A stretch of DNA of 64,000 nucleotides from Pelagomonas calceolata (lineage: Eukaryota): NCBI GenBank assembly GCA_918797485.1, contig CAKKNE010000001.1, positions 4,526,001-4,590,000 of the forward strand, in the 5' to 3' direction. The position numbers and the translations under genes were made by a program. The notes beneath the pieces are model-generated. The model ran no database searches and had not been told where the DNA came from. It worked only from the letters and a program-made list of their open reading frames with translations. Each line of letters begins with the position of its first letter. Within the stretch, counting starts at the first letter, position 1. Shown here piece by piece: positions 1 to 10,165 of this stretch.

Positions 1-413
1 TCGTCGGCGTTCATCCTGCTGCCCGCCGGCCGCGACATCGTCTCCTACAAGACGTCGATCCTACCGGGTGAAGCGGAGACGCGGCCGCTCATGACGATGG
101 CGCACTCGTCGAGCCGGACGGGCATGTGGGGCATCTGGGGCCTCAACCACTGCTTCGTCGCGCTGCTCAAGGTCGCCGCGTTTGTCTCCGGCGTCCGTAC
201 TTCTTCCCCGCGACGCCGTCGACACATTTCACGCGCAGGATCCTCGCCAAGGACAAGGAGCAGCTCAAGAAGCTCTGGGTCCTCACGGCCGCGACCACGG
301 CGTACGTCGCCAAGTGGAATAGTGATGTGGCCGACTACGGCGGCGACCTCGGCGGCTTCGTCGTCGTCTGCGGCCTGCAGACGCTGTCGATCGGCTACCT
401 CGCCTTCGCCTAG
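1..413 (+). CDS. Partial (5'-truncated) hypothetical membrane protein; exons <1-179 and 239-413
   Basis: Frame 1 (SSAFILLPAG...GMWGIWGLNHCFVALLKVAA) joins frame 3 (ILAKDKEQLKKLW...IGYLAFA*) if a GT-AG intron at 180-238 is removed; hydrophobic segments present. Confidence 0.65.
180..238 (+). other. 59-nt spliceosomal intron, introner-like
   Basis: gt...cgcgcag; removal restores the frame; contains cgacgccgtcgac, a variant of the shared intron core. Confidence 0.65.
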
Positions 414-497
414 AGCGCTCCGCCACGCTAGGAGCACTAAGAACGAAGTAAAAGGACATTCCGTTACGCCCGCCAGCGCTCCAAGCTACGGCCCTCT

Positions 498-1106
498 CTA
501 CACGATCGAGAAGGAGAGGTTCTCGAACTGCTGCGCGAGCGTCTCGCCGGTCTGGCCCTCGGCGAACATGGCGCCGGCGATGCCGAGCATCGCGAGCCGG
601 CCGTTGGCGAGCTCGGCGTTGAGCTTCGTGGCCTTGGTCTCCGGGTCGTCGTTGTACGACGTGCCGAAGAAGCCGCAGCCGTAGTCGCCCGAGTAGTTGT
701 TCGCGGGCCACCACGCGAGCTCGACGAGCGCGCAGAAGGCGAGGATCTGGGCGATGCCCGCCGCGGGGATGGAGAAGAAGCCGCCGAGGCCGTCCGGCAC
801 GTCCGAGAACTTGAGGTCGGCCGACTTGGAGAGGTAGCCGGGGAACTCGATCTGCGCGTTGTGCACGAGCACGCCCGTGATCGCGACCATGGCGATGCGG
901 CCGTGCTTGCGCTCGACGGCGCGGCGGCGGACGAACGCCTCCGGGCCGTCCTTGGCGACGAAGCCGAGCGGGTCGAGGAAGCCCGCCGGCGCCTGCACGC
1001 CGAGCGTCGACTCGTCGACGGCGCGGAGCGCCGTCGAGGCCGGCGCCGCCGCGGGCGCCTGGAAGGCCGCCGCCGACGAGAGGCAGAGGGCGATCGCGAG
1101 CTTCAT
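498..1106 (-). CDS. Fucoxanthin-chlorophyll a/c light-harvesting complex protein
   Basis: Bipartite presequence (SSAAAF), FLDPLG, ERKHGRIAM and ELANGRLAM chlorophyll-binding helices. Confidence 0.95.
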   Translation of the reverse strand: MKLAIALCLSSAAAFQAPAAAPASTALRAVDESTLGVQAPAGFLDPLGFVAKDGPEAFVRRRAVERKHGRIAMVAITGVLVHNAQIEFPGYLSKSADLKFSDVPDGLGGFFSIPAAGIAQILAFCALVELAWWPANNYSGDYGCGFFGTSYNDDPETKATKLNAELANGRLAMLGIAGAMFAEGQTGETLAQQFENLSFSIV

Positions 1107-1650
1107 CTTTGAAATATTCTGCGAGGGGGGTTGGGTGGGCGCGCGCGCTCGTTGTGCAGCGGCGGCGGCGGTGTGTGTCGAGGTCTACCCGACGAGGTGG
1201 CCACCGGGCGCCTCGTCGGCACCGCCTTCCGCGGTAGCGGCTGAGCGACAGCAATGCGTGCTCGTGCCTTCGCTTTGTCCACGCCCAACAGCTGCCGCGT
1301 GCGAATGCTCGTGGGCACCCAGAACGGGTCAGCCGGACGCCGCGCCGCCGTATAAGGCCTTGCTACGCCAGCGATCCAACCTTGGCTTTACGAGCCGCAC
1401 GAGCGCCGCGGCGGCAAATCTTCTCGCGGTAGCTTCAGTAACCTCGCTCGTGAGTACAACGACCAGCGTGACGCTGCTTTTCACGTGAGTGTGGACGCGG
1501 TAGCTCGCAAATAGCACTATGAAGCCGAGGTATCAAGGCTTCGAGAGGCGAAGCAAAAAACCAATTTCACCTTCTCGAGCCCTCCAGGACGAGTCCGGTG
1601 GTCTGCAATATCGAGGAGGGCTCGAAAAGGGTTTTTGAAACCCGCACGTT

Positions 1651-1672
1651 GCTAGCGTCGTAAGATACTAGC
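1651..1672. promoter_or_regulatory. Conserved intergenic CTAG-pair motif
   Basis: gctagcgtcgtaagatactagc between divergent LHC and JAMM genes. Confidence 0.6.
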
Positions 1673-1819
1673 GCCAAGCAAGCAAACTCGGTCCAGCGCG
1701 GTGCTGAGGGCGAGAGCGTGAGGAGAAGCGGCCATTTGTCTCTGCCTGACGCGCACACTCGGCTGCAGCGGACAAGAGCTGAAAGGATCGTTGCGAGACG
1801 CCAGCCGACGCACCGCACC

Positions 1820-2680
1820 ATGTCCCTAGCCCACTGCACCCTAGCCAAGGAGTGCGCCTTTTGTGTGGTGGCCCACGCCCTCTCGACGGAGAAGCAGGAG
1901 GTCATGGGCCTGCTGTTTGGGCGGTGGGACGGCCCGCAGGCGTTCATCGAGGAGGCGCATCCTCTCGCCAGGACGGACAGGCGTGCTGACCGCGTCGAGG
2001 TGAAGCCCGAACAGCTCGCGAAGGCGGCCTCGATCGCGGAGAGCCGAGGGTTGAGGATTGTGGGCTGGTATCACTCTCACCCGCACATCACGGCGGCGCC
2101 GTCGCACGTCGACGTGAGGACGCAGCGCGCGTATCAAGTTCTCGATGATCGATTCGTGGGCATCATCGCGGCCTGCTTCCCGGGCGTCGACGGCGCGGCG
2201 GCCGCGCGCGGCGCGCCGGCCGTGACGCTTGCTGCCTTCCAGGCGCGCTCGACCTCGGAACCGGGCGCCTTCGCCGCGCCGCTGGCGCTGCCAGCCAGTC
2301 CGCCGCCGGCGTACGCGACCGTGGAAGCAACTTCGGTACCGGTGACCACGGAAGCGCACGCGGGCCGCGACGTGCCGCTGTCCATCGCGTCGGCGGAGAC
2401 TCCAGGCGCGCTCGCGGCAGCGCTCCGGGGCCTCGCGGCCTTGCAGGACGCTTTACTGGCCGAGGAGGTCGCGGCGCGGCGCGCGGCGGCGCCGGGCGAC
2501 GAGGACGCGGGCGCCTTTTGCGACGCGGTCTTCCGCAAGGCCGCTACGTTACTACGCGCCGACGCGCTCCATCCTCTTATTCACGTCGCCGGCGCGTGGC
2601 GCGGTCACGAGCAGCGGCGCCGCGACGCGGCGCTCGCGGAGCGGGACCGGCTGCTCGCGGAGACGTCGGCGTCGGCGTAA
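1820..2680 (+). CDS. MPN+/JAMM deubiquitinase, BRCC36-like
   Basis: HALSTEKQEVMGLL, DRVEV, VGWYHSHPHITAAPSHVD (JAMM HxH...S..D motif). Confidence 0.88.
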   Translation: MSLAHCTLAKECAFCVVAHALSTEKQEVMGLLFGRWDGPQAFIEEAHPLARTDRRADRVEVKPEQLAKAASIAESRGLRIVGWYHSHPHITAAPSHVDVRTQRAYQVLDDRFVGIIAACFPGVDGAAAARGAPAVTLAAFQARSTSEPGAFAAPLALPASPPPAYATVEATSVPVTTEAHAGRDVPLSIASAETPGALAAALRGLAALQDALLAEEVAARRAAAPGDEDAGAFCDAVFRKAATLLRADALHPLIHVAGAWRGHEQRRRDAALAERDRLLAETSASA

Positions 2681-2984
2681 TTTTTGTGGTTTGTAATTGA
2701 GCTATTCCCTCTAGCACGACCCGAGTGAGTGCGTCACGAGAGCGTACTGTAGAGACTAGACTACAGGAGCTCGAATCCCGCGCGAGTGCGAGGAGCTGCG
2801 AGCGGCGCAGCGTCGCACGTACAGCCAGCGCAGGCGATTATAGATTGCTGCGAGGCATGCGCTGATAGCGCATCGCTGCCGCGAAACCGAATTGCATCGC
2901 TTCGGTGCCATCGACCGCGTCTGGCTCTCTCAGACTGTGCACAGCAAAGACTGCAACAGGGGTGCGCGGCCGCAGCGATCGAAG

Positions 2985-4223
2985 ATGGCAGCCGCCGTCG
3001 CCGCCGCGAACGAGGTCATCTCGTTCTACAGCTACACGCCGATTGCGGACCCGCAAGCGCACGCAGCGTGGCAACGCGAAACTGGAGCGCAGCTCGCGCT
3101 GCACGGCCGCGTCATCGTCGCGACCGAGGGCGTGAGTGGTACGGCGAGCGGTGCTGCTGCCGCGACGCGTGAGTACGTGTCGAAGCTCGAAGCCGCGCTC
3201 GGAATTGCGCTCGATGTGAAGCGCGCGCCGCTCGACACGAACGCGGCACCGTTCCCCGACTTCTACGTCAAGGTCGCGGCCGAGATCGTGAGCACGGGCC
3301 TGCCGTGTACCGTCGACGGGTCGGCGCGCCATGCCTCGCCGGCTGCCTTCCGCGACGCGGCGGCGTCCGGCGACGCGCTCATCCTCGACGTACGAAATGG
3401 GTTTGAGCACGACGTCGGCCACTTTGCGGGCGCGGAACGCGCGCCGATCCGCACGATGCAGGAGTGGAAGGCGTACGTGGACGCGTCGGACGTGGTGGGG
3501 CGGAGCCGGGGACGGCCCGTACTGATGTACTGCACGGGCGGCGTGCGCTGCGAGAAAGCGAGCGCCTACCTGCGGTCGCGGGGCGTTGGCGACGTGCAGC
3601 AGCTCGACGGTGGGATTCACCGGTTTCTCGAGGCGTTCCCTGACGGTGTCGACGCGGCGTCCGTCTGACACCATCCGTTCGTCGTGAGTCCGTCGGACGC
3701 CGTCCACGCGTCGTGACGCGTTTCGGTCGCAGGTGGCGGCGTCTGGAGGGGTCGCAATTTCCTGTTCGATAACCGCGAAGCCGAGAACTACAAAGACGGG
3801 GCGTCGAACGTGGTAGGTAGTTGCGGCGATTGTGGAAGGCGTTGGGGCGCGCACGACGGCCGCAACGTGTGTTCGGTCTGCGAGACGCTGTGCCTCGTCT
3901 GCAGGGACTGCCGCGAGACGCGGCACGAGCACTACTGCCCGGAGCACGAGGACCTGCGCGGCGCCTACTGCTGGTTCCTCGACGCCTGCGATGCCGCGGC
4001 GATCGACAAGCAGGCCGACGCGCTCCGGGCGGCGCTGGACGCGCCACGCGCTCGAGGGTCCGTGAACCGGCGGCGCTCGCTCCGGAAGCAGCTCGACCGC
4101 GTCGCGACGCGGAAAGCGGCGCTCGAGGCGGGCGCTGATATCTACGTAGGCCCGCCGCGCTGTCGCTCGTGCGGATCCGTGGAGTGCGAGGGCCAGTGCT
4201 GGGGCTTCTGGAAAAAAGCCTAG
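2985..4223 (+). CDS. TrhO/UPF0176-family rhodanese-domain protein with C-terminal Cys-rich region; exons 2985-3645 and 3733-4223
   Basis: GRVIVATEGVSGT, LDVRNGFEHDVGHF, MYCTGGVRCEKAS, LDGGIHRF; splicing gives the continuation DGGGVWRGRNFLFDNR. Confidence 0.88.
3646..3732 (+). mobile_element. 87-nt GT-AG intron, introner-like
   Basis: Needed to bypass the stop at 3666-3668; its 5' end gtgtcgacgcggcgtcc is nearly identical to that of the 34236 intron (gtttcgacgcggcgtcc). Confidence 0.75.
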
Positions 4224-4233
4224 GTTGTTGTTG

Positions 4234-4911
4234 TTAGTTCTCACCCCTCCGCTTCGCAGTCGGTTGCTCGGACGCGCGGACGTACATCCTCCCCTGCGCG
4301 GCCCGGATGCACAGCTGCCACAGCACGAGTCCCGCGGCGATGCGGAGCGAATATTCATCAGCAATGTCTGGTCGCTCCTGGTAGAGCCAGTCGACAGCGA
4401 CGATTGTGCATGCGAACAAGACGTTGTTGATCTGTTTCCAGTAGCCGCGGTAGAACTTCGACGCCGATTCCGCGAAGGTCCGTGGCGGCGCCGCTTCGTA
4501 GTCTTCAGGCACCAGCTGTTCTCCGGCGGCCGCCAGGATCGTGGCGCATCCCCTGTCATCCGCAACGTCTGTCCACAGCGTGACCCCCGTGCCAGGACTC
4601 TTCACGGCCACGCCCGCACGTCTGGCGTCTATGTTGGGCCCCCGGCCGCAAGGTCCCATGCACGGCCGTGCGCGCAGCTTTACGTCTAAACCATGCTCGT
4701 CCTTCAGAGCTTTGAATCGGCGCAGCGTCTCGCGTGATCCGTCTTCGAGGCAGTCGCGGCCCGTGCATACGTATATTTCAACCGGTGGCGCTTCGCTCGT
4801 CGTCGATGGCGTCGATGGCTGCGGCTGCACAGGGAGCTGCTGCTGTAGCGCCGATACGGATGCAATAACGGGGCTGAGCGCCCACATCAATGCTCGCATG
4901 GCTGCAGGCAT
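4234..4911 (-). CDS. Thioredoxin-like [2Fe-2S] ferredoxin-domain membrane protein, probably plastid-targeted
   Basis: IYVCTGRDC...CMGPCGRGPN Cys pattern; N-terminal signal-like segment; two C-terminal hydrophobic helices. Confidence 0.75.
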   Translation of the reverse strand: MPAAMRALMWALSPVIASVSALQQQLPVQPQPSTPSTTSEAPPVEIYVCTGRDCLEDGSRETLRRFKALKDEHGLDVKLRARPCMGPCGRGPNIDARRAGVAVKSPGTGVTLWTDVADDRGCATILAAAGEQLVPEDYEAAPPRTFAESASKFYRGYWKQINNVLFACTIVAVDWLYQERPDIADEYSLRIAAGLVLWQLCIRAAQGRMYVRASEQPTAKRRGEN

Positions 4912-4981
4912 AAATCACGGCGGCCAGCGAGCACGATTGAGGTGCAAATCGTGCCGGTTTTCGAGCGCGCCGCCATCGCGC

Positions 4982-5006
4982 GCTAGCGGCCTGTAAGACA
5001 CTAGCA
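4982..5006. promoter_or_regulatory. Conserved intergenic CTAG-pair motif
   Basis: gctagcggcctgtaagacactagca, 70 nt upstream of the minus-strand ferredoxin-like gene. Confidence 0.65.
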
Positions 5007-5640
5007 AGCAAATTCGGAACACGTATGCAGCCGTTTGAGTATCCTTCCGTTCGCTAATGGTCCAAAGAGATCGATGGGACACGTACTGGGGGCCGAAAAA
5101 GGCAGTTTTTTAATTCGCGGCCGAGGGCGCCCTACGGGTCTATAACGGCCGCGCCGGTTTAATCCTGTCAATCCCTGCCAAACAGGTGTCCCTGGGGTCG
5201 CCTAGGGTCAGTACTATACACGGTTAGTCGCCTACACCGCATGCGCCGCCGCTTCAATCATTTTTAGTCGATTTCTCTCAGCAGTCCACGGAGGTTTAAC
5301 AACTTATAGCTATGGTTTGCTTCCAGGGCTCTCGGGGAGCACTAGACTGTCGCATCGATGGCGTATGCGGCGCGGGCGACAACCCACCACCAGACCTACC
5401 CCAGAGGGCGCCCGGGGGCCGACCTGCATCCGAAAAAAGTAAATGATTTGGACCCGATGGTGCCCCGTCCCCGTAAAAAACGTCAATTACCCGAGGCCCC
5501 CCAGTAGTCGCCGTAGCGGTCTCGTCGGACCCAATACTACCCCACCGATAGTCAACTACAAGTATATGCCATCTACACCACGAGAAGGGTACTTTGGGCC
5601 GACCACGCTCGGGACGTGAACATCTTGATCTGGACCTCGG

Positions 5641-6300
5641 GCAAGTCAGTCGGTCATGAAACAAATGATCGCATTATGGTCCATGGTAATGGTACACGCG
5701 CTGATGGTCGCAGGTCCAGTCATTTTGCCTATCTTCGTGGGATCGTGGGGCCGCAAGGCCAACGAGGCGCGGGAGCATTTGGCAATAAGAAATCAAATGT
5801 AGGACACGCTCAGGCCAATTAGCTGGCCCGTCCCACCAAAAAAGCGCCTGAAACGCAAATTTATTTTATAACTCACCGGTCTGGGGCCTTTCCGGTGCCC
5901 CGCGTACGTACCGTCGTCCGCGGAGAACGAGCAAGTCGGTCGATTGTGAATAGAACAACGGCTTTATGGTCCATCTGGATGGTGGCGTCGCTGATACTCG
6001 CAGGTTCAGGTTTGTGGATCATCTTTGGGTAAACGCGTGGGACCGAAGTCGCCGAATCCCGAGGCTCTAATGGGATATCTAACATAGCTCATCCCCGCCC
6101 AGGCGGCCTAGATGGACTCTACCACCAACAAACGGAAGGAAACGAACATAAACTCGGGAGTTGTCTAGTAGAACTCTTCTCCCGCCCTCCGAGCGCGGGC
6201 CGTCGGCTCCGGTTCCGTCGAACTTGTATGAAAACTGGGCTGGAGTTGATATATTGTCCCATCTGGACGGTAGATGGCGGCGTCAATCGCTGGTCTACTT
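5641..6300 (-). pseudogene. Decayed tandem coding repeat, unit ~288-290 bp, in a gene-free lower-GC island
   Basis: 5641-5719 and 5931-6009 align without gaps at about 55/79 nt; minus-strand translations PATISACTITMDHNAIICFMTD*LA vs PASISDATIQMDHKAVVLFTIDRLA; weaker third copy near 6230-6300. Confidence 0.55.
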
Positions 6301-7292
6301 TGGCAAGCCGTAAGACTCATCAGCGAATGTCGCGGGCGGTGCCTTCCGGGAGGCGCGAGTGTATGTTCCCGGGCCGCTACTCTTAAATATTTGGTCTCAG
6401 CGAACGACTAGGATGCAATCTGAATTTGGGTCATTCTTTTGACGCTATCGACGCGTATCTTTGAATTTGCTAGTGTGTCGACATACGCTAGATATTATTT
6501 GCCGCAAAGCACGTGAAGGCTTACAGATCTTGCACCTCACGACCGGAAATAAGCTGTGTTGCTCTTTCGCGATCTCCTCGATAGACACACACGTGGAGAA
6601 CAAGAAAAGAAGCAAAAACCCCTGCGAGAGGAGACAAAAAGCAAAGCAGGCCAGGAGTGGGTCACAGCTGGGTTTTCGCCTCCAAACAAAGCAAAAGGTG
6701 GGCGCACGCACTTAGCGCGCGCATCAAGGCGCCAAACGGCAAAGTGAGGTAGGCGACTTTGCCGTGCGCACCAAACGCCTCCACCGCCCGCCGGCCTTAG
6801 GGTCGGTGGGCTGACCGCCGCCCCGCCACTCGCAGGAGGTGACGGCGGCGCCACTGCTCTTCGGGGCAGCAAGATTGTCGCGCTCGTCGCGATGAGGACT
6901 TACACGTCCGCTCGGTGATCGCCGCCGCCGCGCCTCGTATGAGGGGACGATGGCGTCACCGCCGCGCAAGGAAACGCTGACGCTCGAGTCTCGGGCGCCG
7001 ACTGCTCTTCGACGCGGCAAAAGAAGATAAGCCGCTCTCTCGATGCGATGATCCATCCCCTTGCTATTTGCTCGTTACCCCCCCGACATCCCCAAAGACC
7101 CCCCGACGAAATTGAGCTCGCCTGGGACGCCTTGTCGAACACGTATGCCGCTCTTTGACGGCGCATGCCGTCTAGCACTTGAAGCCACCTCTCCCGCCGA
7201 ACGCGCGGTGCCCTGCTCACGACACATAAAGTGGAGTAAAGTGTGAATCTAAACTTCGGCGAGCTAGTCTAGAATAACATTATGCACACCTA

Positions 7293-8360
7293 CTACCCGT
7301 CGCTCACGCGAATCTGCACCTTCAAACACCCCCGCTCGCCCGCGCGCTTCACGGCCTCGGGCGCCTTCGCCAGCGGAAACGTCGAGTCGATGAGCGGCGT
7401 CAGGTCCAGCGTCTTCAGCAGCTCGAGCGCCGGCCCGAAGGGCCCGCACCGCGAGCCCTGGACGCGCAGCTCGTCGACGACGAAGGGGGCCGTGTTAAAG
7501 TCCGTGCCCGCGGCGCACGTCGACTTGAGCACCAACGTGCCCTCCGTCCGGCACAGCTGCCGGCTCAGGTCCAAACCCGCGGGCGAGCCCGTCGCGTCGA
7601 CGACCACGTCGTAGGCGTAGGCATTTTTCGGTAGTGCGGTGTCAGACAACGCGGTGTCGCATTGCGACTCCGACGAAAGGAGCTTCATTTTCGATACGTG
7701 GCGGCCGTAGAGGACGGGGCGAGGCGACCCGGTCCGCTGGGCGTGCCGGCCCAGGACTTCCCCAATGAGCAGCCCGAGCTTGCCGTCTCCCACAATTGCT
7801 ATTTTCGTCTTCGCGGGCACCAGATTCTGCTCGACGACGCGGAAGGCCGCGGCCAGCGGCTCGGCGAAGGCCGCGTTCTCCGTTTTTACACAATCGGGCA
7901 CGACGTGCAAGTTCCTTGCTGGTAACGTGAGTCGTTCTTGGTACGTGCCGTTCTTGTTCAGGATGCCCAGCACGGTCCGCTTCGGGCAGTGGTTCCGCGC
8001 CCGAGGGCCGCCTCGTTCGCACAACATACACGTGTTGCACGCTAAATTGATCTCGCCCACGACGCGTTTGCCGACCAAATGCTGGTGGCTGTGCGGCGCG
8101 CTCTCGCACAGCCCCACGAACTCGTGGCCCACGACGCCCTCGAAGCCCATGTAGCCCTTCATGATCTCCAGGTCCGTATTGCAGACGCCGGCAATGAGCA
8201 CTTTCACGTAGCACTCGTCGGGCCCGGGGATCGGCACCTTGATCCTCTCGACCTTCGCGTCGGCGCCCCGCACGACGAAGCCGTCCTGCTTCATGGGCGG
8301 CAACAATGCCTTCAAAGCCTCGAGGTCGAGCGTGTTTACATTGGTTTGAAACTCGGACAT
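7293..8360 (-). CDS. Zinc-dependent medium-chain alcohol dehydrogenase (MDR family)
   Basis: GVCNTD, GHEFVG, structural Zn CxxCxxC...C, GDGKLG nucleotide-binding loop. Confidence 0.93.
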   Translation of the reverse strand: MSEFQTNVNTLDLEALKALLPPMKQDGFVVRGADAKVERIKVPIPGPDECYVKVLIAGVCNTDLEIMKGYMGFEGVVGHEFVGLCESAPHSHQHLVGKRVVGEINLACNTCMLCERGGPRARNHCPKRTVLGILNKNGTYQERLTLPARNLHVVPDCVKTENAAFAEPLAAAFRVVEQNLVPAKTKIAIVGDGKLGLLIGEVLGRHAQRTGSPRPVLYGRHVSKMKLLSSESQCDTALSDTALPKNAYAYDVVVDATGSPAGLDLSRQLCRTEGTLVLKSTCAAGTDFNTAPFVVDELRVQGSRCGPFGPALELLKTLDLTPLIDSTFPLAKAPEAVKRAGERGCLKVQIRVSDG

Positions 8361-8604
8361 GGTGTCGTGTGGTTAAGACAGCACGTCGCAGCGATGGCGT
8401 GGAACGTAGACCCGCGCTCGAACGAATTGATGCTGGCGGTGCGTGCCGCGGCGATGGCTTGTGTCGGGTGGGGCTGTGGGGTGCCCTCTAGCGATGCGTT
8501 TCGACCTGCTCGCTGCAGCGCAGCTACAAGGCAACTTTAAACGATGTGCTTGCTGCGTATTTTGCCTTGTTTAGCTGCCGCTGCGATTTTCCCCGGGTCC
8601 GTCT

Positions 8605-8628
8605 TGCTAGTGTGTTACTGCCGCTAGC
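8605..8628. promoter_or_regulatory. Conserved intergenic CTAG-pair motif
   Basis: tgctagtgtgttactgccgctagc in a divergent gap. Confidence 0.65.
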
Positions 8629-8703
8629 CACGAGCTCAGTTTTGCCACGAGAACCGGCCAACCGACACGCCACGGCTCTAGTAAAGTCGCTCAGTTATCA
8701 AAC

Positions 8704-9441
8704 ATGATGCCTTGCGTCGCGCGTGGGCGAAGATTGCCATCGCTCATGCTAATTGCTGGCTGCCTGGGCTTCACAGAGCTGGCGCACGTGCTGGTGCAGA
8801 CGCCGCAGCGATCGCGCACCCATGCGTCAATACGACCACGGCTAGCCATTGCCTCCAAACCGCAGGGATCGCACACTGTAGTCCTAACAGGACCACGGCA
8901 CGCAGTCGTCCGCGCCGCCGCCGCCGGCGAGATGGGCTTCCAGCTCCAGGCGGCGCCGCTGCTGTCGACGGCGCTCGTCTTCCTGAGCTGGGGCTGGCTG
9001 CAGTGGAAGTCGAGCGCCTACAATTCGATCGGCGACGAGCTCGACGCGGAGCTGGAGACCCTACAGAAACTTACCGTCGAGACCCTGACGAGCGGAGATG
9101 CCGCGGCCGTCGAACGACGAGAAGCCGCGCAGCGCGCCGTCGACGCGACCCGTGCGCGGATGGAGGAGGCGCGAACGATCCGCGGCCCGGGAGGGCTCGT
9201 CGCGCGGATACGACTCCCACAGCGCGGCGCGGCTAAGTCGTTCGAGAAAGGCGCGGCGGCGCCGGCCAAGCGTCGCGAAGAACCCGAGGAAGAGGTCGCG
9301 TCGCGAGTCGAGACGCTCAAGATCTTTGCCCTCGGCGGCGTCGCCCTGCTGATGGTGCCAATTTTCTTTCTGTCAATCGCCGACCCTATGGCGCCGCCCT
9401 CTCCCGAGCTCGCTGCGCGGCTCGCGAGCGAACTTTCGTAA
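8704..9441 (+). CDS. Hypothetical two-TM membrane protein; start codon uncertain
   Basis: Long ORF with GC3-rich codon use from ~8900 and two hydrophobic segments; no family recognised. Confidence 0.6.
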   Translation: MMPCVARGRRLPSLMLIAGCLGFTELAHVLVQTPQRSRTHASIRPRLAIASKPQGSHTVVLTGPRHAVVRAAAAGEMGFQLQAAPLLSTALVFLSWGWLQWKSSAYNSIGDELDAELETLQKLTVETLTSGDAAAVERREAAQRAVDATRARMEEARTIRGPGGLVARIRLPQRGAAKSFEKGAAAPAKRREEPEEEVASRVETLKIFALGGVALLMVPIFFLSIADPMAPPSPELAARLASELS

Positions 9442-9468
9442 CTACTGTATTCTGTGATATACTACAAG

Positions 9469-9660
9469 CTACTTAGCGAAACCTTCCTTCTTTTCGGCTG
9501 CCAAGCGCTTGTCGCGCTTGGCCATCAAGAAATCGAAGTCGTCCCTCCCGATGACGCGCTTCTCGCCCTTGATGAGTTTGTGGATCAGCGGGATCGCCAT
9601 GCCGCTCACCGAGAAGGCCGCGACTATAATCACGACGCCGGGCGCCGTCTGCCAGGGCAT
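9469..9660 (-). CDS. NDUFA1: Mitochondrial complex I accessory subunit NDUFA1 (MWFE)
   Basis: 63 aa MPWQTAPGVVII...single TM...DFDFLMAKRDKRL, matching the MWFE-family pattern. Confidence 0.8.
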   Translation of the reverse strand: MPWQTAPGVVIIVAAFSVSGMAIPLIHKLIKGEKRVIGRDDFDFLMAKRDKRLAAEKKEGFAK

Positions 9661-9973
9661 GGTTCCTCGGTCAAATTGCGCCGCGGCGACTGCGTCTGAG
9701 CGCGGGGCGACTCGTCTGAGATCGGTTCGTGCCGCGCGGTTTCGCGGCGACAGCGAGGTCGGTCCGACGGCACGGGCGGCTGCGGGCGGTCTCGGGCGCC
9801 GACAGCGACGTGCGGCTGGTGCAAGGGACTGTGTGGAGGCCCTGGGAAGGCGCTCCGCACGGTTTTCGCAGCAACGCTGGATCAGGGTTATTGCCAAAAC
9901 ACTCTGTCGTCGCTGACGAAGCGTCTAGGCGCTCCGCGACGGCGTATTGGCCTTTTTTGTCCGGCTGCTTGGT

Positions 9974-9997
9974 TGCTAGTGCCTTACCGACGCTAGC
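9974..9997. promoter_or_regulatory. Conserved intergenic CTAG-pair motif
   Basis: tgctagtgccttaccgacgctagc between NDUFA1 and the SNM1-type gene. Confidence 0.65.
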
Positions 9998-10165
9998 CAG
10001 CGCCGCGCCTCCGGTCAAACAAGGCAAGGACAGGCGCTATTCGTGCGGCTAAACGGTGTCGCGGGTAGCTGAAAGGATCTGTCGCAACCGCTGAGAACGC
10101 TGAGGCCGAGTCGCAGGCCGGCGCTGACAAAACACTTCTGGCTGCCACAGAGGTGGAGCAAAAAC

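Noticed and set aside
3646..3740. gtgtcgac / gtggcggc as an 8-bp TSD of the 3646 intron
   Set aside because: Only 6/8 match, and the same 5' sequence starts the 34236 intron, so it probably belongs to the element.
5010..6700. Centromere or intact transposon in the lower-GC island
   Set aside because: Short, with no terminal inverted repeats, LTRs or transposase motifs visible.
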